From: Klebsormidium nitens
Lineage: Eukaryota > Plantae > Klebsormidiophyceae
Assembly: GCA_000708835.1 (NCBI GenBank)
Contig: DF236978.1
Coordinates: 62,001-126,000, forward strand
DNA length: 64,000 nucleotides
Direction of reading: 5' to 3'
Position 1 is the stretch's first letter. Every line of letters starts with the position of its first letter. Position numbers and translations under genes: made by a program. Shown here in pieces: positions 41,701 through 54,890 of the stretch. The notes under the pieces are model-generated. The model did not search any database. It saw only the letters and a list, made by a program, of their open reading frames with translations, and had not been told where the DNA came from.

Positions 41701-44700
41701 TCTGTTCCCAATATTCTGAATCCTTGATCCATCAATCTGGTCAGGTGGGCGGACTTGGCGACGTCGTGACCGGTCTTGCTCGCGCGTGCCTTGCCCGCGG
41801 GCACCGCGTCGAAGTGCTCCTCCCCTTCTACGAGTGCATCGACATATCTCAGGTGAGCTTCTCTTTCGTCCGACGTCGATTCACCGGATGCCTAGCCGGT
41901 CTGACGTGAGACAATTGCTTAGCTGAGGCTTCTGGTCGTGCTCCTGTGGCCCAATCCTGTCGCCAAGGCACCTTTGATCGATTTTTACACGGAACTGCGA
42001 ACAACCTCCTGGTTCAAAGCAGTTGAAAGGGAAGCTTAGAAGCTAACATATGCGTTTGCTGCAAGGTTTTCAAGCCTCACCACCTTAGTCGTCTAATTTC
42101 TAGGCTTTTCACGTTGTCTCAAACCGGCAGCTTGCTTGGAAAAGGGCTGTCAAGCGGGTTCAAAGAATCAGGTCTCTAGAAAGTCTTCAAAGTAGAAACG
42201 ACTGAGATTCTTTCATCCGTTCTCTGCCACAGGTGAACGACCTACAACCCGGCGAAGAGTACAACTCGTTCCACCGGGGGGGCTGGGTCAACCTGCAAGT
42301 GTTCCGGGGGGGGGTGTCGGGCGTCCCCGTGCTGTTCTTCAAGCCTGCGAACCACTTCTTCCGGGGGAACAGGATCTACGGGGGGAGCTACGACGAGCTG
42401 GAAGCGTACCTGTTCTTCAGCCGCGCGGTGCTCGAGTATTTCCAGGTGCGGTGTTTTTCGCTTGCATGATTCATTCCAATTAGTCCCGTCTTGCAAACTC
42501 GCCACCAGTTGTACCTCAAGTGTTTCGTGACCTTTAGCCGCCACAGTGCGCTCATCGTTCCTATCCGTAAGCTGGCTCTTCATGAGCACGTCAAGCCACA
42601 AGCTTCGAAGGAATGAGGTAATAAGAACGGAGACGGCTTTCCAACCCCAGACCGTTCGACGAGCATGTGTGCTGTTCCAAAGTGTAAATTTGCGTCAATC
42701 GTTCCGATGCTATGATTGTTAAGCGGCATGAATGACAATGTCGAGCCCGGGGGCCACGATGGGTACGCATGGAGAGCGTATCAAGACTGAGTTCACCTTA
42801 TCGCATTCGCTTCTTCATTCGGTTGTTGGTCGTGCGCCTCATCATTCATACGTTGAAGCAAAAGCTCAGAGTGGCCCGTCCCCAATTTTTCGACTTTCGT
42901 TTGTTATTTCGAAAGATGCGGCACATTTAAGGAACGAGTTTAAACTCTCTGCTCGCGAACTGGTCATCGAGATCTACCGGTTCTTCTTTCTTTTCCGCTT
43001 CTCTTGACTCTTGACCTTCTTTTCCTTCCCGACTTTTCTACGAAGATCTCCTGACGCATTTACACCCCTGCAGTTCCTCTTCTCGCACCTTCTTCCGTCG
43101 ATTTTTCTCTTAATGTGCGCTTCTGCAGTCATACATTAGTTTTATCGTGGTCACGTTGCGAAACAAGAGAACATACCGGACCCTGCCTCGGGCCTTCGCT
43201 CATACCTATCGTCTCTATGCTAATAGAGGATGCGATTACCGTACCTGTACTTGAAATTTCGGCAGAAAATAATCATGATCTGGCCTGCCGAGAATCTTAG
43301 AAATTATGAGAAGGCGATAATGGTCCGAAATGGTTATTGTAGCAGGTTACTAGGAGCCTGCCGAAAAGATAAGAAGTTTCATAATGAACTATTTAGCGTC
43401 GAAGGTGCCGAAATACAGGTACGGTTTATCTTCCGCAGGTGCTGAGTCAGCAGCCTGACGTCATCCACATCCACGAGTGGCACACGTCGGGCGTGGCTCT
43501 GCTGTACTGGGACATGTACAACGCGCTCGGGCTCACGCGGCCGCGCATCGCGCTGACCATTCACAACATGGAGCACGTGAGCGCTGCCGTCACTTCCGAC
43601 TTGCGACTAACACTCCGCCAACTCTTTTCATTCCTGCATTTGAGCAATATGTTCTGCGAAAATTCTGATGTGGTTACTGAAGTCAGCGAGCCTGAAGAAG
43701 ATAGTCGTCGGTCGCCTCGGAAGCCTACAGGAAAGAGTCATATAAGCGTCTGGTCTTCATAATGTTGGTTCGGTTGACATTGGAATTCCGCCAAGGTTTT
43801 CAACTCCTGTCTTAGAACACTGTTTTTTACCTTTTAAGGTCGTAAAGGAGAGTGCGGGAGCCTAAGAAGACAATTGTTGTTCACCTCAGAACTCTGCAGT
43901 AAAGGTTACCGTCTGGTTCCTGAAGTGTTGCTTCGATCATGCAGCACGGTGAGTGCCGCCGGGAGCAGCTCGACATGTGCGGGCTGGATGGGGGCTCCTA
44001 TCTGGTACCGGATAAGGTAAGCCGTTTCTCTTATCGTGCATGTTCAGGGCCTTGATCTTTCGGTGTCAGCTTTTATCCTCTCATGACATGTATCTGCCGT
44101 CCCAGGCTGAGAATCCCGCATACTTCTACTATCAAAAAACGCAAGCTGCAGAAAGTCGAGGATCAGCAGGGCATTCTACTATCATGCTTTGTGAGGTAGT
44201 CTGCATTATTCCACGAGGCTTTACAACCTGCTTTCTAACGAACAGACTCTGCGATTTTCCCAACGCTCCGACTCCAATCAACGTCCCTCTCTCGCTGCAT
44301 CATGTCTATCACTGCCTGCGTAGTCTTGGTAAAGTATAGCAAGCTGCAGAAACAGAGGATCGAATGGCAGCGAGGCTCTGCAGTATTCATGTTGACCTGA
44401 TGATCTGCGTTAGCCGACCAATATAACATGATAACATCTTCAAAAAAGAATCAAACGCTCCAAAAAATCAAGCAACGTCTCTCCTTCTCTCAGGCGATCG
44501 ACGACCGCACGATCGGGCACAACCCCGAGCGGGGCAGCCTCCTCAAGGGGGGCATCGTGTACAGCAACGTCGTGACTACGGTGTCCCCCACGTACGCGGA
44601 AGAAACGCTGTGCAGCGGGTGGCTCTCGTCCGCGCTGATGCGCAACCGGGAAAAGTACCACGGCGTGCTCAACGGAATCGACACCGTGCTGTGGGACCCG

Positions 44701-47700
44701 GAGCGAGACCCGCATTTACCGGCGACGTTCAGTGGTGAGTAGTTTTCTTTTGTTCGTGGTATTGATTTGCATGAGGTTGTCTCCTAGTGTCAGCTGATCT
44801 GTCGCTGTGGGTGCTAACTTTTGTATTGCGTCTCTGTTGGTTTCAGGGGATTGGCTACTTCAGTTTGTTCTTCCAACAACCTGTCGCATGCAGATTTTGC
44901 AATAGAGGCCTTGTTTGCGCGGCGCTCGGTTATTGCGATTGAGCCTCGATGGTGCCTAAGAGTGCTTGCCCCTGGTCATTGCACGAAAGTCGCCAACACC
45001 CGGGCAGGACTAGCGGCTTCGAGTCACTTCCACGGGACGTGTGGTTACGTAACCAAGCTGCGTCTGTGCCAGTGACGACCGCATTGCATGACGCCTCTTC
45101 CGGTACGAAAAACGTCGCATTTCGGGAACCCGCAATTGCTTCGCGAAGCCATAAAGTCAGGCACAGCGTTTGACCATACAAACCCAAAAAATTGACTGAC
45201 CCACTTTCTTAACCCCTGTCAGCGGACGATCTAGAAGGCAAGCGCATCGTGAAGCACTACGTCCAGCGGGGACTGGGTTTGGCACCGGACCTCCAAACCG
45301 ACCCGTCGAGCCTGACAGGGTTTGGTGACGTGGCCACACGACAGCCGCTCGTTGTGTGCGTGACGCGGCTAGTCGCACAAAAAGGGGTGCACCTCATCAG
45401 GTGAGATGCTTGCGGTTACAACAACCCAATAATTCGACTCGATTGAGTATTTTCTCTGGACTGCAAGCCTGAAGAAGTCGCACAGCCTGTCTGCAACGCG
45501 GAGCCTCTTCTCGTAGTGGTTCTGTGACTTTCTTCCCTCCTGAATTGGTGGTTGAGATCCGCTTGGCTTCGACTCCCGAGGCCGCTGCCTACGTCGAAAA
45601 TGGGAAACTTTGAGTTGCCTTGACATCACTCGTCGCGTGTAACGAACAGCACATCACACAAGAGACAAGACTGACAGGGAAAGCATGCAGCCCATTGAAA
45701 GGCCCGTTGCTTGCTCCCTGCCGGTCACGAACCTTGTCAACCCTCGTCAATCCGCACTTGATCCGAAGCCCACTTTCGACTTCTATCAGAGTCGCATGCC
45801 TCCAAGGATCCGCGCTTCCTTCGTCCCGTGGCAGCATCTCGTGGCAGCAACTCGTGCCGATACAACTCTCGTCCTCCTCGAATCATTCCAAATACTCGAT
45901 CAAGCTCAGGCAGCAGACGAGCACTCCCCCGAACCGCCCCAGAACCTGCCAGCAACGGAAAGCGCACGGTTTTCTCTTCCCTTTCTCGCTGCCCCAAAAA
46001 ACGCACGGTCTTCACCCCCTTTCTCGCTGCCACAAAAGTCCACGCTTTTCACCCCCCTTCTCGCTGCCCCGTTTCTCGCCCCCCTTCCTCGCTGCCCCGA
46101 AAAGCACACGGTTTTCAACCCCCTTTCTCGCCGCCCCAAAAGCGGACGTTCTTCACCCCCCCTTCTCACTGCCCGAAAACCGCACTGTCTTCACCCCCCC
46201 TCCTCGCTACCCCGAAGGCGCACGGTTTTCGCCCCCCTTTCTCGCTGCCCCAAACGCGCACGTTTTTCACCCCGCTTCTCTTTCCCCCCCCCAGGCACGC
46301 CATCTTCCGCACGGCTGAGCAGGGCGGCCAGTTCGTGCTGCTGGGTAGCGCGCCTGACCCGCGCATCCAAGCCGAGTTCCAACAATTAGCGGACCAGTTC
46401 CGGGACAACACCGCCGTGCGGCTCCTGCTTACGTACAGGTAAAGCGCGGAAAACTTGTAGATATTTGACGTCTGCAATTTGGGTCAAGTTTGAGGCATGG
46501 ACGTTCTTGTTTTGGTTTCTGCGGCTTCAGAGATCTGTTGCTTTTGTGGGAAGTCAGGTTATATTGAGTGTCCAGCTCACGACGCCTTCGCGTCAAAGTT
46601 CTTGAGGTTGTCGAAATGCTGTTGCCTGTCTTGAGGACAAAGGAATTTGGGTGTTTGCAATTCTGAACGAGAGCTGATCGTCGGAGTGGCAATGCTTGAT
46701 CACTCACAATGAGAGCAGAGCACGTTTTGCAAAGCTTCTGCTGTGGATGTTTGCTCGTGTTTCAGCGCTAGGGTCTCGGAAAATAGGCAGCTACTTCAAG
46801 GCATTCGCAACATTAACGAAAGCGGTTGCGGAGGAGAACCGGAAGAGCAGCTTCGGGGAGGGGCAACGGTCACGGTAAACGGCTCACGCTTCCAGAGCAA
46901 GCCGGCTTGCTGACGCTAGTTATTGGAACCCGAGCTTTGAACCTTGCGCTTCGCAGGTCCACATTGTTCCAAATAAACCGAGGGGCATGGGTTCGTCTCT
47001 GCACACGCCCACCTCTTTTTTCCGTCTCAGCTGGAGCAAACCCGTCCAAAGAACGGAAAGTATAAGCAGATGGGAAATGCGCAACCTCGATCCACAACTG
47101 GTCCCTCAACAGATGGACACGACCCTGAATCAAACGTGTTCTCCTCAAGACTTCTCAGATTGTTACAAATGATACCGATCGGTACCAATCAGCAACGAGC
47201 AGTACTGCTCAGACTGTCATTAGTACCACCAACCAGTACGATCAGCGCCAATCCGCACCAATCAGCAATCCCGATCATTCTTGCAGTGAGTCCCTGGCGC
47301 ATCTGCTCTTTGCCGCCGCGGACGTGTTGCTGGTGCCGTCCATGTTCGAGCCGTGCGGGCTGACCCAGATGATCGCCATGCGCTACGGGACGATCCCGGG
47401 TGAGGCCGCGCGAGCACTCATCACCGGATCTACTTTTTCTTTCGTCTTTTTTTGTTTCGACCCAGCACTTGAGGTCCCGCGTGCTAAGGCTGAAGCTCTT
47501 TGCCAAGGACGAGACCAGGCGTTGCTGACATTGACAGTTTCGGTGCCTAAGGCTTGGCGCATGCCGCCAGGACTGCCTTTCTCGCCCGCTGCAAGCCAAC
47601 AGTTTTGCGGGACAATTGTGAGAATGTTTTTGTGAGCCCCTGTTTGTTGGTGAGAGCAACCTATGAGGAATCAGGAGTGGCTGCAGTGAGCGACTGCTCA

Positions 47701-48774
47701 CGTGGCAGTGCCACGAACTGCGTCGAAATTGATGCATTGGCTCAGGCCAGATTGACATTGAGACGACTTCTGCTTTGCGCTGCTCTCCCGATCCTCCTTT
47801 ACAATGCTGGGCGTCGCACAAGCTCGTGTCAATTGGATCAAGAGACATAGTAGCACCGGAACAGGGCGGGCTGTTGCTCTGAAACTTGTCAAAATTGTCT
47901 TGGCTGGCAGTCAAATTGGAGCAGCAGCAGCTGGACTCATGTTGAAGCGCTCGGTGGTCTTTGAATGTTCGTCTCTCTCAGGCAATGGTTCTCAACTGGA
48001 TGTCTAAGTGTCTTCATCATGAGCCAGAACGTTCGTTTGAGCACGTTTGACGTCATGATGACGTCTGAGCCGTGTTTGGCAACCCGCGTGCAGTGGTTCG
48101 ACGGACGGGAGGCCTTGCGGATACGGTCTTCGACGTCGACAACCAGGCGGACCAAGAAAGAGCCAACGGGTGAGCAGCCCTTACGGGGCCTGGCAGCCGT
48201 TCATTCGAAGACGCATGTGACCTTTTTTTTCTGGTCTCCATTGTCTCTAGCAAAGCTTTTGCTACTGCGACTTTTAGAAGCGAAGCTCTGCTTATATTCA
48301 TGCTCAGCGAGGTCGAGAAAGTCTCTTCACATGCATCCTTGCTGGAGAATCTCTTTCAAACAACTGTTTTCTCAAGGTGGAGCACCACTAAAGGGGAATT
48401 CACAGACACATGTGGCGTAGCCGTCGTAATTGTCTTGAGAGCGGCTATGGTTACCCTGTTTTTGAGCTATCCCTCTTTCGATCTCCTAAAAGCAAAGGAC
48501 CATTCTTCGACGTCCGATCTGGCGACGTCGCCACGTTGATGCTGACGACCGCACGACCACCTTCATTATCAAACTTAAAAAACTCGCATACAGGTACGTC
48601 TTTGACGGCATCGGCGAAGGGGATTTGGACTCCGCGTTGGATCGGGCGTTGCGGCACTACAAAGAGAACGCCGAGGAGTGGGATCGGCTTGCGTCCAAGG
48701 TCATGAAGATCGACAACAGCTGGAACAAGTCAGCGGGCCAGTATGTTGAACTATACTCCGGGATCCGAGCATGA
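38765..48774 (+). CDS. SS6: Starch synthase of the SS4-related SS6/SSVI type (GT5), plastid-targeted, with N-terminal coiled coil and KAEP repeat
   Basis: Exons at about 38765-39091 (provisional), 39973-40134, 40702-41457, 41745-41852, 42233-42445, 43439-43576, 43945-44016, 44494-44734, 45223-45400, 46295-46438, 47287-47399, 48094-48169 and 48594-48774. Motifs: [14 protein letters not shown]|[78 protein letters not shown] and [22 protein letters not shown] are SS6-like as I recall. The subfamily call needs a phylogeny. Confidence 0.9.
40711..41262 (+). repeat. Coding 12-bp minisatellite, about 46 units, encoding (K/N)AE(P/S)
   Basis: Consensus aaggctgagccc, in frame within exon 40702-41457. 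Confidence 0.97.
45959..46292. repeat. Intronic minisatellite of 38-40 bp (about 8 full copies plus 1 partial) ending at the 3' splice site
   Basis: Consensus about aaagcgcacggttttcaccccctttctcgctgcccc. The last copy runs into the C-tract and the AG at 46293-46294. Confidence 0.92.
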
Positions 48775-49869
48775 TGCAATCTGTATTAAGCACGTCCAGT
48801 CCGACTTCGATTGCACGCCTTTCCGACGAGGTTTTCGGATGTACACCTGGATTGAATGGTCCGACCAGTGCTGTTATTTATGTTCTTGCTTTAGGCGATG
48901 GGTCCGCTTCCAATCTGCACTGCCAGGTGGAAAGATGACAATGACGCGGGTCATCTGCCGCAATCTCTCCAGTCCGACCGGGCGCCATGCCTGCTCATAT
49001 TCACAGAGCTCTAGGACCGCGGTCAATATCCGATTCTCATAATCCGATGCATGTAGGTTTTGCTGACGGTGGCATGGACCATGCATGACTCGCGAGCACA
49101 TATGACATGTTCAGTACATAGATTTCGACGTACTGGTTTTATACTTGCTCATGCATACATGCAAGTATCAATTAGTACGTCAATCTCTGCAGACTTATGC
49201 CTATAGTGAATTCAAAGTAAATTATAGCTCAGTACTAACAAACCAACATTTGAAAATTCAAGGCGTGGCGCATGCATGCGCAGACAGACGTCATTATATC
49301 ACCCTAGTATATGCGGACTCATGGCCATGGACGTACGGCAGATTCAAGTGCAGCGACTTATTTTAAGCTGTGGGCCATGCATGTGCAGATCCGACACCTT
49401 ACTTGCATGCAAGATTCTCAAGAATGGTACCTATACGCGTATGCGTCACTCATGCACAGTTAGTCACTGACCGTGACCCATAGCCTATCATTGGAAATTT
49501 GTCCTCAATCATGATCGAGCAAGCAGTCTCCCGCGACAGCATATAACCCATAACCACGTACGTACATGCACTTGAAAGCTTTGCCGGTTGAAGAGACCTG
49601 ATTTCAGATACGGACTCCGCCCTTATACAAGAAGCAAAAGTGGCCGGCGATTGCCCTAACTAGATGCAACGTAATGCAGGTTGCAGCTCAGTCCTGACAG
49701 TGTTGATTCTGAATGAAGGACGACATGAGAGAGGCACAGCAGTAACTGAACGAGAACAATCATGTCGTCAGCGCCACCGTCCCGACTGATTTGCTGACGT
49801 TCCTACAATCGCTAAGCACTACTATACTCTATCTATCAGATTCCCTCTTCAAACGTCCCTAACCAGTTC

Positions 49870-52800
49870 CTACTTCCAAGTTTGATCGGTTGCAGTTATC
49901 GAAACCGTTATTGTTGCATAACGCACTTGAGGTATTGTATTGCCTATTATCAACTGAATCTCTGAACACATGTGGCGACACCAAAATGGACGCAGTAAAC
50001 AACCTCTTAGTACCTCTTTGTACATGGCCTCACGTAACGAACTCAATCCCAGCAGTCGACCCGTCCCCACCTCTTTACACTTGTCGTATATGTTTTCTGC
50101 TTTGTCGACCTTATTGTCAACCTCGGAGCGCCCTCCGCGATCGCGTAACCTCTCTAGTTCTTCAAAGAGTGCACAAATTGCGGTACAGCAATCCAATCAG
50201 CGGTAGTGTCAATCCGTACTCGCTCCCTAGAAAGATATGTATCGGCGCCTGTCCTAGACATGTCCCCGTCCTAAGACTCGAACTACGTTGCTGTCCAAAC
50301 ACGGCCACTCTCAAAACATTCTCGGCACTCCCGCAAGAAGAGGGCGCGCGGGGGCTCTCGTCCGTGACCATGCTGAGTCAGCATCGCTCTGTAGCTCGGA
50401 ATCCTCTTCGTCCAGCTCGGAGCTCTCGTTGATCGACACGTGTCGTCGTCCCTTCTCGGGAATCACTGGACAAGGGCTTGCAATGCCAGCGGGGCATTTT
50501 CCGGCTGCCTGCAAATGCGAATCAAGTCCATATGAGCCCAACGACTCCAAACGGTAAGCGCCGTTCTAGGGAAAGAATCACTTTCGCATTAGACGTGACG
50601 AGGAGTGAAATGATTAAAACAATGCTCGCAACCATGCGAAAGGCAACACTGTTCGACCTTTGATTGCTCAACACTGGAAAGGCACCTGACTGGAAACCAC
50701 CTCGCTTGGATGTTGAGGGAGAATAAGGCAATGCCGAGAGCAACGCCAACCATTTTCCGGTTCTCAGGATCGCAAGAGCACCACAACTGAGTAAGAAAAC
50801 CCTTAGACGAAGATTGGCTCACGGGCAGCCACCAAGTCATGGTACAAGAGTGGGCTGCAACGTGCGGGAAATGGAGCCAGAGGAGTGCATTCTCACCGTT
50901 TGCACACGGCCGCCTGCAGGCTGGAATTGCCAGTTGCGGACCAGTCCGCGGGGGATCGTTGGGGGCCACCCGGGGGCCGTGAAGGGGCACGGGACTAACA
51001 CCCACTTGCAGATCTCGTCCACGTGTAACTGTCACAGGCAGAGGGAAGAATTGCAATGAGGGCGACACGAAAAAATTCGAGAAGCTCGGTGGGAAAGACA
51101 AGACCCGGTATGGAGAAGTAAAATGAGCGGGAAGCTCGCACAACTGTGGTACATTGTCGAGAACCAGGACACGAGTGCGACTCCATCGAGATGGCAAACT
51201 GAACGAGGAGGCAATCGATCAGATGTGTAAAGCCTGAGAGCTCTTGTCGCAACAACGTCGCAATAACGTCCCAAGACACCCTTTTCGACCAGACCACCCA
51301 CAAGACTTCTATCAGACAGCACCAAAAGTTCAGAAGCATTTGGGATTTGGCACAGCAGTCGAAAACGGAGTATCTGCCTCACCTTGAGGAGTTGCCGCGG
51401 CCCCTGCCACGAACAACCCTTATGAGGGCACTGTGCCGGTGTGAATGGGCACTCCAGCTTGAGGTGCGCACCCATGAGCCCAATCGGTCGCCGCTGGCCG
51501 CACAAATCGCACAGGACTGGGGGGCTCAGGAGCTTGGAGCCGGGCAGTAGTACCGGTTGGGCAGGGGTGGCGAGCGCAGGTCGGGGGAGGCATACCTGCC
51601 ACATCAAAAGGCCGGAGGCTTGAAGGCAGCTTTTACAAAGAAGTCTTTTTCCGAAAGGGGCAGTGACAATTCAGAATCTTCCCGCCGTTTTCTAGGCCTG
51701 AGGTCAGAAAGGCAAGAAGACTCTGCGACGAGGAACGCTTCTTGTGAGAAGTACATAGGGTATGACTTGTAATCAGACTCAGATGAAAATGATGCACTGG
51801 TGAAACACGTGAAGAAGGGGCCAACATGACTTACGAAGCCATTGGAAGAAAGCATCAAATGTCTAAGTGATGTGTGCTGGTTCTTGAGTGATAACCCATG
51901 CACCCACGGAATTTCAAATCATACAACATCCAACTCTCTGAGGTCCTGGGGATTGGGCGTCTGGGACAGCAAAACTCCCCTCTATATAGCCTACTTCAAA
52001 TGGGCTGACGCAATGAATGCTTGTGCTCGCCTCCGAAACAAACAGTGAACCAGGACAACAACCAGCGTGGCAGGATGAGCATAACAATGAAGACAGAAGC
52101 TCAGTCTCCTAGATCAGAGGGTAGATAGTCAGACGCCTTGCAGAGTGAGCCCATGTCCTGGCCATGTTCCTGAAAAGGAAAGGGATCCCTCACCCTTTCA
52201 CAGGGCCCTCGTTCCTCCCTCCCACAGTTGACCTCTTCCGTTTGTTGTGACTGGGCTGGTGTGGGGCTTGCGCTCCGAGAGGGAAGCCTAAAGGTCTCAG
52301 ATGGAGAGGCGTTGATGACTGGTGAGCTGGGATGGCTAAGAGGGATGGCTAGTCTGACTTGAGGAACCTCTTGGCTGCCTAACAGCTGGGAGGGGGCAGT
52401 CCTCCATGGTAAATGCGGAGCCTCAATCATTGCCCTTGGTCGCTGCGAGAGAGAAACGCGTGTCAGCAAAATTGGGAAAGCTTGAAGAATTGCTTTCAGG
52501 CAAAGCAACTAACGTCATGGCCTCGGATTGGACAGAGGCTATCAACAGTATATGCTCCCAACAGCCCCATAATGGGACTGCCCGATTACTCACTGACGTA
52601 TGTCAAGTCACTCTGATCTAGGGACCTTCAAACTTCTTTGAAAGCACACAGTGACACAGTGATGCAGTGATGATGCACCAATGATGCATGCATCATGACC
52701 AGATGTGTCCTTGATTGATGGACTGAAAATGGATGGACACAAAGCTGACGACCTTACAGCGAACCGGCTAGAGAGGCCCAAACACCTCAACCGAAAACGT

Positions 52801-54038
52801 ATTATGCGAGAATTGAGCCAACACACCAAGACGTCACGAGTGGAACGGTCAGTGCTTGGCTGCCCAACCTGAAAAGTGCCCATGAAGAACCGGCTCTTCA
52901 GATCACAGACGCGCAGACTGCCCAACAGCTGACCATACCAGTAAAAGGAAAAGAGCAGCAAGGGGCAGTGCCCAAACCGGGCCAAGTGCGCTTGGAACCC
53001 CCACTCCTTCCGTTACATCCCTTTTTTGTCAAAAGACCATGAACGACAGATCTAGAACACAGTGATGAGCTTCACTCCATGGGCGACAATTATGCACATG
53101 CTATTGCGTCATGTGACATTATGCACGTGCTCTCTCATGTCGAGGTAAACAAACACTCCACCAGCATCCTTGATGCGCTAAGGGGCTGTATGGCTGACCT
53201 TTCTTCCACCGCAAGAATGCCAAAGCATCTGCTGGGAAGGAGTGGGAACAGGAACGGGAGCGGTGGATGGTGGTGCAGGAGTGCTGTCCATGGTGGTCGG
53301 CTGGGCTCCGTTAAACAGACGCTGCATCCATAAGAGCTTGCTTTTGCTGGCTGGAAAGAAACTACAGTGCACTTGGATTGATCAGTCTACTCTGAATGCT
53401 GGACAGCTGCGCAGACAATCGGGGCTGAAGCGTGCCTGGGAAGCGGGTTCCAAAAGGGAAGCGGTGAAAGAAGTGGGGCACTATCCAGTGCTCGACTTTA
53501 GCAGGAAAAGCTGCGCTTAGTTGGCCCGGCATGCCGTGTCCCAGCAAGAAGGGCTGAAGCCAAACAGCTCAGTCCCCAATTTCTCTGATGCGAGCTGCAG
53601 AAGGGCAGATGGAGTGCCAAATAAACCGGGGCCGACACAGCCTGAACAGAGAGTCATCAGAACCAGAGGGAGTGCCCTGAGTGCGTAGCTCACCTGTGCG
53701 AAAGAGTCGCAAGGGAACTGAAGAGTTGGTGCAGTGTCCGAGAAGAGTCGAGAAGGCGCAACTAGGGAGGGCTGATTGCTGGCGGTGGTTCCTTGATCCT
53801 GGTGCCTCTTAGCTTGCTCTACGAGGTGCCGGGGCAACGACAGCTCGTATTGCTGCTGAGCTGGAAACATGGTCCACGCTGCCGACGTCTGTGCTGGTTG
53901 AGCAAAGCTCCGCACAGCTGAATGCGAGGCCGACGCCTGTAGTGCCTCTAAGCTGCCTCCCCGATGCGCGGCAAAGCCAAGCGTGGGAGCTACAATGCAT
54001 CCGCCCTGGCCCGCTTGCCCTTCAAAACAACCGTCCAT
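49870..54038 (-). CDS. Putative multi-exon TRAF-type zinc-finger protein (possibly with a degenerate RING; may be a pseudogene)
   Basis: The exon ending at 51383 encodes CDLCGQRRPIGLMGAHLKLECPFTPAQCPHKGCSWQGPRQLLK. It joins in phase 0 to exon 51028-50897 (LHVDEICKWVLVPCPF), giving TRAF-ZnF Cys/His spacing. LLCKSCL lies upstream in the same frame. Other exon-like segments (54038-53694, about 53355-53205, about 50785-50700, about 50565-50311, 50196-49870) are only tentatively linked. Confidence 0.45.
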
Positions 54039-54465
54039 TCTTCACTAATATCAGCAGCTGGAGATAATTATTCCGGGTATGGATCGACACCCAAACAGGT
54101 CAGTAGTTCCAATGTCAAGCGACCTGGAAACAGGGACAGCACTCCTCCAAAGGCAAAGGCCGTTCCACGTTCCCGAGGTTGTGCATGGTTTCCACGCCCT
54201 TCGCAGGCGCTGAACCGCACCTGCAACTGGGCGAGTGACACATGCAAGCAGCCCTTTGACATTGTTACTCCCATCATTGGACCTCGCTTTCTCGGAGCTC
54301 AGCGCAGGTCATCTACCGTAGGTACCGTATTATCTCTGTTGCTACTACCTACTACTACCTACCTAGCTTCCGCAGTGCTCGGAGCATTGGAAAGTCAGCG
54401 GCCACTCGAAATCACCTGAGCTGAGCCCCGGAGTCAGCGCTGCAACTTCCATGCAACTCTGAAGG

Positions 54466-54546
54466 ATGCAGTGTGCACACTGCATGCACCACCATAAATG
54501 CCCATCTGGACTCCGGCCTTGTGCAGTGTGCAGTGTGCAGTGTGCA
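54466..54546. repeat. 20-bp perfect palindrome plus a (GTGCAGT)n microsatellite
   Basis: atgcagtgtgcacactgcat at 54466-54485, and gtgcagt x3 followed by gtgcac at about 54519-54546. Confidence 0.85.
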
Positions 54547-54890
54547 CGCCGCACGGCTTTGCCGGTATCTTTGCCGGTGCGCTTCGCGAAGCTTGCGACG
54601 TGCCGAGAATGATGCCGTTCACAGAGGTACGGTCACCGGTAATGTTGTGACAGCCGCACTTTCTGTTCCTAGGTAGGTACCTACCTACCCACCCATTATA
54701 CGACAATGGAAGGGCAATACCTACCTAAAGTACCATGCCTCTAGGTACCTAGGTACGGTAGGTACCGTTGGGACACCGTAGTAGGTACGAACAGCCGTAC
54801 CGGTCTATACCTACTAGAATTGACGGAGACGTGGACGGTGGCTGAGGTAATACCTGCGGACGTACCGAAGTGGACTAGCTAACTTCGATA

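Noticed and set aside
45620-46477. Cluster of 200-230-aa Pro/Arg-rich ORFs, and a possible CRISPR-like periodicity
   Set aside because: They are by-products of the intronic minisatellite. The units are contiguous and degenerate with no unique spacers, and there are no cas genes.
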